64,000 nt of DNA from Chrysomallon squamiferum (Eukaryota; Animalia; Mollusca). Both the position numbers and the translations under genes were made by a program. Below the pieces are notes generated by a model that did no database searches, was not told where the DNA came from, and worked only from the letters and a program-made list of their open reading frames with translations. The stretch lies in the NCBI GenBank assembly GCA_012295275.1, contig CM022671.1, forward strand, positions 11,346,001 through 11,410,000, in the 5' to 3' direction. This document shows positions 24,237 to 38,242 of the stretch, piece after piece. Position 1 is the first letter of the stretch; each line of letters begins with the position of its first letter.

Positions 24237-27228
24237 TTGTCTGGAAAACATAATCATCTAAAATCTATGTCTGATACTTCCATGCTGAGAAAGTATTATA
24301 AAACAGAATCAAAAGGGTAATTGTCTAGCAAATACTTAATTTCATTGTAGGATAGTGTATTCACAAAGCAGAGAGAGTAAAAACACGTGTGACCAATGTT
24401 GCAGACAGGTTAAGCTGCAGATTGAAAGCAGCCAAGAGTTAAACAGGTCATGAATCTGACAAAACAAGAAATCAGCTGTGCTTAAAGACAAATATATTGA
24501 TTTATGTTATCACTAAACATGGACTCAACTTGATTAGATTGCTTGGGGCAGGGGGAAGTAGTAGTATGAAATTATCATTTATGAGGTTATTCAGAGCTCA
24601 AAATAATCATTTCTGAAAATTTCATTGTTGTAACAATAAAATGGATTCTCTGTACTCGCATTCATAATATAAGTATTGGCAACAGGTTTATAATGAAAAA
24701 GGAAGTTTGTTTATTCCAGTCCATTTTCATCACTGTCCATTTCTTTTTTCTTATTCCCATGTTTTCACCCTCATCACACTTTGTCTAAGTTTCAAAGAAA
24801 GAAATGCATATTTAATCTTTCTGCAGTTTTTAACACAAGTACATCAAGATTTCTGCAGAAATTTCCACCAAGTTTTTGAGTTATTAATTTTATTATGCAG
24901 AAGTAACAGTATCATCAGTGGGGAGTCATTTCAGTGTTTTGTGTTTACAAAAATGTTCTGCTTATGTGGTGTTTTATTTCTTTTTATGCAGATGATTTAT
25001 TTTTCTTAGTTTGGTTGTGTTACATGTGCTTTCAGTTTACCATTCATAATATTTTTATTATTCAGTATGCAATAAAAACATTCACTGTTCTGAAAATTTG
25101 TTTGTTTTTTGTACTTTTTTAACAGCATTGCAGAAATTGTTATCAGTGTGGTTTAATGCTAATTTGTGGCTTATTCACAACTTTTTACTTATAATTAAAC
25201 CAAAAGAAAACAATAACAAATATTTCACTTAGAAAAGCTTTGAACTGACATGAATATAAAATGGCCAAAATACTCAAAAGAAAAAAATAAGAAATATATT
25301 TTTTTTATTATTATTATCTTTACTCCATTTTTTTTTTCTTGTCAAATTTTACAAGTGCTGTTCCTTTACCATGAAGTGTTCAAGTTTTTGTTCAACTTGA
25401 TTACATAAGGTTATCTCTTATAAATATTCTCAAGTACACCGTCCCTGCCATGTAATTACTCTATCTCATCACCTCTCACTGGTGTAACCTTACACAGCAA
25501 AGTAAATAACATCTTTACAGGGGAAAGCATTCGAAGATAGTGACATTGATGACAGCAAAAAATCAACAAGTGATATCTGTGTAAACACTGATTTAGAATA
25601 TTGCCTTTTAAAATTTGTAGACAATTTTTCCGTTCTATTTTTTCTTTCTTTCTTCTTCTTGTCTTCAGTTGTTTTAAATTTTTGTATTTTTTAAATGTTT
25701 ATAAAGTATTAATTTTAGTTTACAGAGATTAAGTTTGCAGGATTTTGATTTATAAAAGAAAAAATTGTAATTATGTGCAGTATGTATTTAAAAAGAAAAA
25801 AAAACTGATATGATTTTAGAATGTGAATTATTTTTAATGTACTTTTTTTCAGACATGGTTTTCGTTGTGTTATATGAAAAACATCCAAAATACAAACACA
25901 ACACAAAGTGAATTAGCAATTGAAAAGTTACTGCTTCTAAAATATTCCCACAGACTAACTTTGATCTAGACAATTTGGCCTGTACAACTTTTTTTTGTTC
26001 TTTCTTTTTTTTTAACTGAAGAAAACACATTAGTATGTTTAATTAAGTTTGTGTCTGTAACAGAGGTGTGGTCTGAGGAGGGTTGATGAACTTCATCCTC
26101 ATTTTGACCTGTTCTAACTCGGTATCAAAACATACTGAAAATTTATTTCGTTTTTAATTATGTTTTACCTCATTATTGCCACAGTAGGATAAGCAAATAT
26201 TTAAATCATTGCTTGAGATATGTTTTCTTCTTGCATTACAAACCATATTGGTTTACAAAATTTATATACTGTTATCATTGTTTTTATTATTTATTTATTT
26301 ATTTATTTATTTAACTGTAAACATTTTTAATTTAAATGTGTTTATTGTTGTTCTTTTATTTAACATGTTTCCTAATTAAAACAATTAAAAAGATTAATTA
26401 GGTAACAACAATGATCTTGATAAACTAGTTACTGGGACTCAACCAGTATTCTATTCAGTAGATAAAAACTGGCTTTAGTTAAGAAATACATATTCTGAAT
26501 TCATGTTATTTATACTTATTTTGTGAGGTACAAAGCTGTGTCATATTTAGCTTATGCCTCAATCCAGCACTGGGTCAAGGGCTAATTTAGATGACAGAAT
26601 ACTTCCACTATAAAGGATGATGATTATTATTATTATTATTATCATCATAATCATTGTTTTTGTTGGGGGTTTTTTGTTTCTTTTTTTAAAGTTGATGTGT
26701 CTCATTTTTGTTTTTCTTTTTTAAATTAAATCGCTAGTTTTGTTCACATCAAACATTTCACAAAACTGAAAAAATTATCTTTCTTTTTCTTTTATTATAT
26801 ATATTTTTTTTATGTACGCATGTTGTCTGTCTGTACGTGTTTGTGTGTGTTATGTGTGTGTGGTGTGTGTACTTGCTGAACTCAATAATTTTACTGTTAT
26901 ATTTAGAGCAGATCACCAAAGTTTTTCCCAAGAGCAATATTCCCGCTAGCTGCTAGCAGTGAGACGGTAAAGGTTACGCGTGATCTGCTAGCCGCATGAC
27001 TACCAGTGTAGTGAAACTAAGTGAATTCTTCTATTAATCAAACCAAGAAGAACTCGCAAGATCGCATCGGCTTTAACGAGCGGAGCCATTTAATAACACA
27101 TCTGACTGAAACACGACTTCTTAACTGTGAAATGTTGCTGACCTTTTCATACAGATTAATTGATTTATCTTCTTTTTTTTTTTTTTTATCATTTTTTTTT
27201 TATCATTTTTCTTTTCTCATCTTTTTTT

Positions 27229-27267
<39 letters not shown>

Positions 27268-30200
27268 TCCCCTCCCCCTGTGAAGCAAAACAAAATAAAA
27301 CAATAATAACAGTAAAATATAAAACAAAATAAAATAAAATAAAGCGATGACGGAATGAAATAATGATAATTTGTTTATATTAATAAACAAATTATCATTA
27401 TTTCGTTACGACCTTCTACTGTCTTTTTTTTTTTTTTTTTTACATTTTAACTTATACTTAAGATTCGGACGATCTTAAAGTTTGATTCGTGATACAAGTG
27501 AAAAATGAGCGCTTCTGACTACTAACATTAAGTGCTGAGTTAAAACTCACAGATAAAGGGCTCAGTTGTTGAAACCGTGAATAGCAGGTGAAAAGTGTCA
27601 CATAATATTTATTGCCTTTATCGTTTGCAATAACGAGAAGAATCCGCAAGTGTCAAAAACTCGGGGTTCTTGGAGGGGGGGGTTCCACCAAGAATAATTG
27701 AACTACTTACATAGAACACATTACCTGTTTTATCTGTTACCTTTCGGGTTTTTTACAATCAGATCTCAAGTGATTATTACTCTTTTTTTTAAATGAATGA
27801 AAAGATCGTTCGAAGTTTCGAACAGTAATACTAGCAGTAGTAGTCAGTGATGGGACTAGGGATCCTTGAGGTTGTGAAGGAAGTGGATAGACGGTGTAAG
27901 TCCTTTGTGGAAATATATAAGTAAATTTCAAGGCCATTTCAAGCCTATATGATACGGGTTTCAAAATTACTCAGTGTATCAGTGACAAAGTTAATTTTAA
28001 TTTGTAGAAATCTGAGGAAAGATGGTTAATGTTACGTCACTGACGCGATGCTAGTACAGAAATGTACGCTTAGTGTACACTGAAAACTAGAAACAGAGGA
28101 ATGCTGTCCCCTTAAGTAACCACCCATTTTTCTCACTGTTTTTATTGTATCTGTAAACGCTGATACCATATAATATGTAATCTTTTATCATGTTTCTTTC
28201 TTTGAATTTAGATGCACTGAAACATGATTTTAAGTTCATATGTTTGTTTTAAAAATATATATATTGTTCTATAAAGGACTTGATTATTTTATACACAAAT
28301 CAGTCTTTAGTCAAATGTTTGGTTAAGTTTTGTTATTTGAGAATAAATAACAAGCTTGTTAAATTGCGATTTGTCATAAATAGCTTTAAAACTATCGAAA
28401 AAAGCGTTATGACATGCACGCAAGCGTTAAACACACACACACGTACACATACGTGTACATAATACATTTTGGTACACGACTTGTGTGACGCCGCTTCGGT
28501 AAAAAAAATTAAGCCGATGGACATCAGATCCACCCAGGAGATTTGATCGTGTGAACTAAGAATGACAGGCAAGCTAAATCCTGCCAACACAACAAATATA
28601 TCAAAATGAGTTTACCATGTCAGTGAATTCGTCCATGATTGATCCATACCTTAATACATTATCAGAGGCCATTAATTAGTTATCCATTATTATTAACTGT
28701 CACATTAATTTGGACAATAGCTGTAACTTGTAATTAAACAAATTACTGAACTGGACGAACACAAAATTTCTTACTTTTTTGTTAAAAAGAAATAATAATA
28801 AACTATTGGAAACAACGCTGGTCTAATACAGCCATAATTTGGAAACAAAATCTTCAGACAAAAATATCTTTTGATATGGGTGACGAAACGTTGAGCATTG
28901 TCTACATGGTTATACAGCGGGCGGAAAACAGGAAAAAGAAAAGAAAAAAAGAGTACAGGTTAAAGATTCCGGAATACTTGAAACCGGAAATGTTTTACAT
29001 TTAGGAATTTTTCTGATTTTAGAACATCAGGCAGCTAGTTTGAGAATAGAATCCTCAACCTGTACAACCTTTGAATTATTTGTGAACAGAGAGAGCGACA
29101 AGTGAAGAGGTTACAGAGCTAAACATGTAACATAAAAAATCTGACGTTAAAATATTACTTACAATACGATGTATCAATGACAGCAAAGCGCTAAAATCAA
29201 TGAACTGAATACAATCAGGTCAATAATAATAATAATAACTACTAAAAATAAATTCTGCTTAAATTATCATCGCAACGTAAGAATTTAAGATTTCCATCGT
29301 TAACGTTACATTGTTTTCTTTTGACCACAAATTAATATTAAACTCGGTTTTATTTTTAATGTTAAAATGTGCTTATAAGAAATCATAAAAAGAAAAGAAA
29401 AAAATGCGGCTTATGTATAAAAAAAAAAGAAGAAAAAAAGCGGCTTAGCTTGCTTCGACTGAAAATACCTATTATATCAATTAACTCATAATAGCATTAT
29501 TCTACACGAGTGTGTTCATTGTTACAGCTAGCTTTTGTTAGTCACGGTAGGCAAGTAAGTACATGCTGTTGCTTGATAGTGGGGGCTGGTTAGTAGTTGA
29601 CAAATTTCTTTCTTTTTTTGTTTTTGTTTTTTGTTCAGTGAATATAGAGATACCGCCTTGCTGTCTGTATTTATAGATCGATTGTAATTAATTTGTTATT
29701 CCGACAAAACTACAAACGAAAGAGTTCGAATTTTCGTCATTTGTTACGACGTCATTATTTACCGAGAAGAACTCCCCACAAATATCGACGTCATTGTACG
29801 GTTATTCCACGCGGCTGGTGGTAGATCAAAACAATCTGTCCATCAACAGCTGTGATCTGATTTAATTAATTTGTTCTCGGTTTAAAATGGCAAAAAGGTT
29901 AATTATAGAATCTGATGGAAAATATAATTACATCAGATTTGACGCGGAACATTGCGATACCGCCTGAAAAACGGATCAGTCTGTCGTGTTGGGATTAAAC
30001 AGCAGGATTGACTCGGTGTTAATCCCTTTTTACCCCCACTGACAGAGTTCAGCTTAAAGAATACTAAAATCTGAGATTAATATTTAATCAGCTTTTATGA
30101 TGATAAAGTAACAGTAACAACCAAAAAAAAAAAAAAATAAAAGAATAGAAGCCATAACAATAATAATATTAATTAATTAAAATAATAGTAATAACATCAG

Positions 30201-32723
30201 ACATTACCATCACTTCAGTAACAACAGTAGTAACCACTTAAAAACAAAGAGAAAATAATGACAACAGTATAAACGATTGTGCGGAAATCTTCATTACATA
30301 GATATCGTTTTTCATTAGTAGCAAAATCCAAAATGTATAGAATCAATAATGGAAATGTTCTATGTTTTCATTTATTTTATTTTTGCTCGAACTGCAACAG
30401 AATATTTTATAAAACTGTTGACGCGACGAATAATTAATCATTAATTTTTTAATATATTCCAGGCTGAACTGGGAACCTGATTCCAATAGAAATGCAATCA
30501 TTTTCGCAATAACATTTTATTATTGTTAACATGAAAACGAGAAAAATAGAAAAAATGAACTTCTGACTTAAGGAAAATAATGAACTAGTATAAGTAATTA
30601 TAATATGAGAAAAAGTCAGCGATATAAAGACAGAACACGAGATACTAATGATATGATAATAATGGTGATAAAATGTTGATGAAGACACTTTATGAGAATC
30701 TACATAATCTGCCATTTCAAATACAACAACCAGCTCTGATTATTGCGTTCACTTTGTCCCCCGCCTTGATGCTAAACGTAAAGCCATGACTGTAGTACGT
30801 GACAGCATTGATGCATCAAGTCTTACTATGTTAAATATCGAATGTTCTTGATCTATAGACTATAGAAATATGAAAACTATTAAACAGTGATCTCAGAGAT
30901 TATTGTTTTTTACTATTTCAACAAGACATCTGAAATAATGCCCCAGAAAAAGTGAACGATGGTGTGGATGAATAATGTTTAATACATAACTTCTTCATTT
31001 GTTTTTCACTGTTGTTTTTCAGATATTTAGATGCTAAACTAAGGAGAAGTCAGATATCATCAATTCGGATGTTTAGATTAGTACTACGATAGAAGGTCTT
31101 ATCAAAGAAATACACACAGATGCACATACATACGCGCGCACATACACACACAATGCAAACATTCGCGGAGAGAGATATATGTGTATATATTATTGTATTT
31201 TGATAATAATAATAATAATAATAATCAGAAACATGTTTATAATTTACTCGCAAATACACCAAGAGAAAAGAAAGGAAATAAAAAGTTAGTGTTATTTACA
31301 TATATATTTTATACACTTCATTCCTTTACTCAATTGCGTTCTTTCATAGCCAAAACAACGAAATATTTTAATTAACTGAGGATTGGTCATGTTTCTTTTC
31401 TTATGAATAATGCAATAAGTCCTTCAAAATTACTTTTCACTCATCTACTAATGGTAGTTGTTTCTCTGTGTTTCGATGTGGGTCTTAGATCCCTAAGCCG
31501 GTGGTACGCATTAAGATTACTGACGATAAAATGATCAATTTAGTAATGTTTTGGTGAGTTGTAATTTCGTGTTTATCAAGGTAGAAATATGTGTTAATAT
31601 AAGACAAATTCTAAAACAAAGCTTTTTAAATAATTAACCATTCTCTATTTCATATAACGCTAGTGACGCCAGAAGTTTTAATGCCCAATGATGCGTAATA
31701 AGAAAAATAAACATGAATTCTCTGCAAACAAACGGTTTTATATGAAATAAAACCGCCAGTTCTATATGATATAATGCAGAGACGCTTTCATGAAAAATTA
31801 AATATTAAAAATTAACTAGAACATTTTTATTCAAATGCAAAGACACGGTTTGTCATTAGAAATACTCCTTTTAGAAAAGTTAAGTATGTTTTAGTGAGCT
31901 GATCACCACTAATTTGTCATTCGTTACCATTGTGGAAATTGTGACCATAACAGTTAAATGTTTTGCAAATACGTCTTTAAAAATTAAGATATTTCAATAA
32001 ATACAAATTTTATCAAACTCAATAATGTCGACCATTAATGATGTCTTAGAAACAAAAAATCGATATCAAGATTCGTGCAGATAGGATGGCCGTCTATTAT
32101 TATGCTATCCAAACATTGGTCATCCTTGCTTATTTTAATTTTGGAGACGTCGGGTCATGACGTAATAATGCGAATTTATAAAAAATAAATGTGTGATTCA
32201 GAACCCCAGCCAAGTTCTTCTGTGTCGGCTGTTGTTCATGTTTACGAATGTCTTTGGCAGGCAGTTCGATCGAACGCTATGGATCGAGGACTGAGCAAAA
32301 ATGTTTAAACTGCCTCTCACAGGGTCGGCTCAGGCGTTTTTGTATCCAACTTCATAATCAACCACGCAGTGTTTCAATCTCTGAGCACGCGAGCAGGTTG
32401 AAGCATACTAGATCAATTTCCATTGGTGACGGCGTTAAATAAAAGTGACGTAAGCGGTGCTTGGTCCAGCGGGACTTACAGGTCTGTATAGGCTGCTCTG
32501 CTCCGAATCAATTCCTGTTGGTGATAAAGATAGCGTTTTACAAAACAATTAAGAGACGTGTTTAAAACCTGACATGGTAATGCACACTTTCAGTGTCAAA
32601 TTTTTTATTACTTAATTTTGTTGTTTTAAAGCTGAGTAATGCATGATATTTTAAGGTTTCTTAATTTTTGATAGCTGACAGGCAACATCTGTATGTGTAT
32701 GTGAAAAGAATGAAAATGAAAAC

Positions 32724-32727
<4 letters not shown>

Positions 32728-32789
<62 letters not shown>
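32728..32789. repeat. (GA)n microsatellite
   Basis: Perfect run of ~62 nt. Confidence 0.95.
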
Positions 32790-32792
<3 letters not shown>

Positions 32793-33616
32793 AATATAAC
32801 GACCAGTGAATTGCAATAGAAATAATCACTTTTATTTGTTCAAAATCACATGATGGTATAAATTAGAATAATATTATTAATGTTTAATGAGGTGTTTGTT
32901 TATTCACTTTACACCGATGAATCATCAAATTGCTTCCTTTGTTTAGTATTTAGAACTTCATTGTCTGCTGGTGGCTTACATTTTGCTGAAATTTTCAGTT
33001 GTGCTTGTAGGACTTCATCCTATTAAAAACAAGACATTTTTTACTCTCCACGTATTGTTCAAATATGTTTTGGACACCCATCCTATATTGTAAAATTATA
33101 GCTCTGTTATTATACTAATTATATTTAAATTAATTTACTTTCTTCTTCTTATTCTCTCTCTCTTTCTCTCATCTTTTTCTCTTTCACACACACACATACA
33201 CACTACACACAGGAGTCGAAGAGGACTAAACCAAACTCACATTTACATGAAATATTGTTGTTGTAATTCGATTGCTGTGATTAGAAATGTTATGTCTATG
33301 AAAGGAAGGTGGTAGAATATAGACATAAATAAACTTTAGCGATTGTAAATAGATGAAAAGAGAGATATATTTTACAGAAAGGCACGTCTGGTGGATATCA
33401 AAATATATTAATTAAAAAGAAAAAGCAGTGAATATATGTAATTAAAATGTGAAAGCATCATTCGCAGCAAGCTTTCAACGTTTATTATATTTGGATCGAT
33501 TCAAAATCAATGAAGTTACTAGGGTTTTTAGTCGATCTATCCTTTCTGGACGAAAATAGCTGAATTAAACGCCTGTTCTTAACATCTTCTGAAAGTTTTA
33601 CCAAATTGTACTTATC

Positions 33617-33620
<4 letters not shown>

Positions 33621-33709
<89 letters not shown>
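33621..33709. repeat. (AG)n microsatellite
   Basis: Perfect run of ~89 nt. Confidence 0.95.
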
Positions 33710-33712
<3 letters not shown>

Positions 33713-34177
33713 AACAAATAAATTGCTATTATTTAAGAATTGTTTTGTTGACAAAAACGAATGAATACGTTTGAATCTAATACTCTCGAGAGTGGTGATT
33801 TGAAAAATTAAACAACTAATTTCATTTACTTTTGTACTGTTTAGGATTGCAGGAGAAGGTAAATAACTGGTCACTCTTAAAATTACAGTTTTATGCTGCA
33901 CAGACTCGCATACTCGGCGCTGTAACCTCCGCAGTGTAAAGTAGATCACAAGACACTAACAAGTTATTCCCGATATATATTCACCATTCTTCTCATTCTT
34001 TTAGTGATCTAGACTGATTACTAATTATATATTCACTTAATACTATTTTCAGATGTACATATTAATAGGATTAAATGAATACGCGAAGATATCACATTTA
34101 ATAATATTTATATAAAAAAAAAAAAAAATAGTAACTTACTGATTTTATCTGGTTTCTTACTTTCCACATTTTTTTTA

Positions 34178-34208
<31 letters not shown>

Positions 34209-34793
34209 TTTTATTATTTTATTAATTTTTTTTTTTAATTATTATTATTATTATTTTTTTTTAATCTTTCTTTATTCATTAATTCATGCCGGATGTAAGA
34301 AAGAATCAGCGATAGTCGACTAACTTTTGAATGTCACGTGGTAGTTTTCCGTGTTGCAGCTGGCAGGTCTGCTGTGCTATGTCCCCTCCAGACTATTTCC
34401 TTATTAATGAAACAGTTCATAACTGGAGAAAAATAATGAAAACAAAATTGAGATGTATGTGTTTGTTTTGTGTGTATGGTGTGTATTTGTGTGTGCGTGC
34501 GCGTCTGTGTGTTTTGGTGTTAGAGAGAGAGATTTTATTAATATACGATTATATGTTATCCGAAAAAAAATGTATCCAGAGCAAAAATAAAAATAAAATA
34601 AAAAACAACAAAACAAACAAAATAAAAAATAATAATAATACTGCATAAAATATTCAGAGGTTGTTTAACTAATGATAATATTATAAATAATATTCATTTT
34701 TAGTTATTTTTAATGCATGCATGTTTGTATGAATGTGTGTGTGCATATACGTGTGTATGTATTTATGTATGTATGTACATAAGTATTATTTGT

Positions 34794-34795
<2 letters not shown>

Positions 34796-34888
<93 letters not shown>
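34796..34888. repeat. (CT)n microsatellite
   Basis: Perfect run of ~93 nt. Confidence 0.95.
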
Positions 34889-34890
<2 letters not shown>

Positions 34891-35823
34891 CATACATTTG
34901 ACTCACGGCACAGAGGCCGTAGGATCAATTCTTCTCATTTCCTGATTTTAAATAAGAAAATTTGTCTCCCCACCTCTCTTATTCGTCCTTCTTTATTTCA
35001 GTTAATCGACATTACATTTTTTATATGTGTGTAAAACGTGTTCTGCATTCAGGAAATCTTTTATGATGCTATTGATTTTGCCATGACTGAGACAGACATT
35101 TCTAAATTTAGTATATTTATATGGTAAACAACGAACGCATTAAGTATGTGATAAATATACAATGACTTTTTTGAGATCAATGTATCCCAACAACTTGTTT
35201 ATCCGTTGACAAGCCGGCTTTTCTATAAGCATTTAAGGTTTTATTTTAGCTAGTCGTAGTATTACACTAAACCTTTTCACTGAAAATAGTGTTTAATGAT
35301 TATGTAACACAAAATAATGATGACCTAAAACACAAAATCATTTCACTGAAGGTACTGAATGATTATTAAACACAAAAATCTTATTTGAATAATACTTAAA
35401 ACACAAAATCATTTTATTTGAAATACTGAATGATTATTTAAATACAATTACCTTACATAAATACCTGTCTAAAGCATTCAAAATATCTCTTAATATATGT
35501 CTTGATATTCGAAACTATTTCGGTTAAATTACTTTATTGAATAACTACGTAAACTACGCACACAATTTTGTGTTCTGGATGATTATTTCAGTGAAAACAT
35601 CTTGTTATTTAATAATTAGGATTTTCGTTGTTTCTTTGTATAATAATAACAACTTAGGGTTTTTCTTGCTTAAGACGTTCTAATTATTTTTATATTCTTC
35701 AAAGATTGTAATGTTACACTTTACCAATGTTTCAATATACATCCAGTCGTTAAAATAGATTTGTTTTAGTTTTTATAAATAGGAGAATAAATTATAAACT
35801 GAAAGTGTAACAAGTTATCTCAA

Positions 35824-35930
<107 letters not shown>

Positions 35931-36778
35931 TTGTAATATTATTCATCTGTTTGCAGATTATCTCTGTATTGCATCCTGTTGCTCTCAAGAACTGTATTAA
36001 ATTAGTTGATCGTTCTTAGTGTCAAAATATCGCAAAGCCTCTAAGAGCAAGCCGAACTTCAAACTGACTGCAATCAAGATCGACGTACGTACTTACAAAA
36101 CATGTCTCACAATCACGATAAAGTAATTTCAGTCCTTATAAACTTTGATGTTATAATGTTACGATCATAATAATAATAATCTGAAGAAACAAAACAAAAT
36201 ATCTGGTTCAAGAAGTATTCCAAACATAATTTATAAAAATGTCATAAATCTGTTATACATGTATACGCTTTTAATCCAGAGCAATAAAATGTGTTTGAAC
36301 TTGTTTTGTTATATACGAGTATTCAGAAACTACAATAAATCGGATATTATATATATATATAAAAACACAATAAAAACAAGTTTGTAACTGTTAACAAAAT
36401 TTATTGTTTTACACACACACACACACACACACAGATTTTCATTCAAATGTGGGAAAACAGAGTACTAATAGAAATATTTTACGTGGTATATTAACTATAC
36501 ATTGATGCACCATGTTTTCAGATAGAATTATAACATTATAAATTCTTACAGTATTTAAAATATTTCGACGTTGAAGCAGGTTATACTCGTGGCTTCTGGC
36601 GTTTGCTACTTCTTGTGAGACGTAGGTTTACATAAACTAACAAAAAAATGTGCTCTATATCTCTTTATACGTCTTTGTACTGAGCACATAAATAATTTAA
36701 AACTGTCACTTTATTTATCGGAACTAGAGGTTGTATATTGTATTTTCAAAAATTCTTTAAAAAAAAAAAAAAAAATAA

Positions 36779-36844
<66 letters not shown>

Positions 36845-38242
36845 AAAAATATAAAAACAACAATAATAAAAATAACGTCTTTAACAACTGCTGTTGAAAT
36901 AATTTCGTTATTTTTATTCTCAATGCAGGGTTGGATAATGAAATGTTACGTTCTGTAACAGAATACACCTGTGTATAGCTTAATCCTCTTCTTTAGCACG
37001 ACAAGCGTCAAATCTTTTATAGCGTGTTGTTGCCACAGAGTACGTTTATTCAAAACATTCAAAACTGACCTTGAAAACATTATATTTCTTTAAATGTTCT
37101 ATTATAACAACAAAATATAAATATATATGCATGTAAGTATATAGTTTCAAAAAAAAATATATCTAAAAGTTTTTTTTTTCTTTCTTTAACCCAACAAGAG
37201 AAGGTTTCAGAGGACGAATCTGCCTCTTTGGTGACTGTTCTGTAGATCCTGTTTTAATCTTTTTCAAGAAGGGATCCAGAATTGATGCTTCATCTTTGAT
37301 TTCTGGACCTTCAAAAAATGGACCACCATAATATTATTAGAATTATTAAAGGTCTTTTCTATAGCAAGTATCCCCTCTTCGTACGTTTTAATGTTTTCAT
37401 TTTTTTTTTTTTTTGGGGGGCAAAACTGTCTTTTAATAAATATTCGTTAGTAAGACTTCTCAATACAGCAAACCTCACTGTTTACAGTCATTTACATATG
37501 GCACACTTAGTACTTACTGTTAGTTATTATTTATGCCGTTGTTTATTATATTTTATCCCCTTTTAGCTTTATAATTTATTTATTGTTTGTTTTTATTTGT
37601 ATTTTTGTGTTGACATTGATATTACAGACGCTTGACGAAATATTGGAAAACGCCAACAAACATTTTCGTGTTTATTTTCAGATATTGTGCACCATGGTGA
37701 TATTGTCTCTTTAAGTTTTGTTGGGCTGAAATAGAAAATACATTGTTGTGGAGACAATGTTGGCTGTCACTTCCAAACAATAAGTTAGTTACAATACATA
37801 TCTGATAGAGAATGGTGTGACATGCTGCTGCATAATGAAATAGATCGAAGAATTAAGTTAGAAGTCAATATACCGAAGCAGACTGGGACTGTTAAAATCA
37901 ATGTAAAAAAAAAGAGGGTGCTATGACTAACTGGAGAGAGAATCATCTTATAAATCAGTCCATATAAATGCCTAATTCGTAATTTTTTCAAAAATATAAA
38001 AGTTACATAATGTGAGGTGAATAATAATAACAATACAAACTTACTTACTTAATTATTTTTTTATTTTTGATTTTTGAAAGTACACCTAAGCGAAATAAAA
38101 AAAAATTACATTTTTGTCTGCTTGACGATATTATTATGTACATCATCAGCTTCACATTTACATAAATAAAAAAATATACTTGTATTAAACAAGAAAATGA
38201 TGACTAAAGGGAAGAACTAAAATCATGTTTTTGTTATGATTG

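Noticed and set aside
25521-25600. Plus-strand coding-like stretch GKAFEDSDIDDSKKST after TTTACAG
   Set aside because: No convincing donor or partner exon, and no recognisable homology.
8852-26800. Iron-responsive element (C-N5-CAGUGN-N5) downstream of FBXL5 as a feedback loop
   Set aside because: The plus-strand CAGTGN loops I checked (for example ~8875, 9561, 13328, 14047, 15383, 20852) lack a complementary 5-bp upper stem. A SIREs or Infernal scan would be definitive.
28910-29000. GGAAAA-rich segment resembling the MULE terminal repeat
   Set aside because: No matching opposite TIR or TSD was found. It could equally be ETS-like motifs or low complexity.
33485-34928. ORFs with SLSLSL or ERERER tracts
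   Set aside because: These are microsatellite read-throughs.
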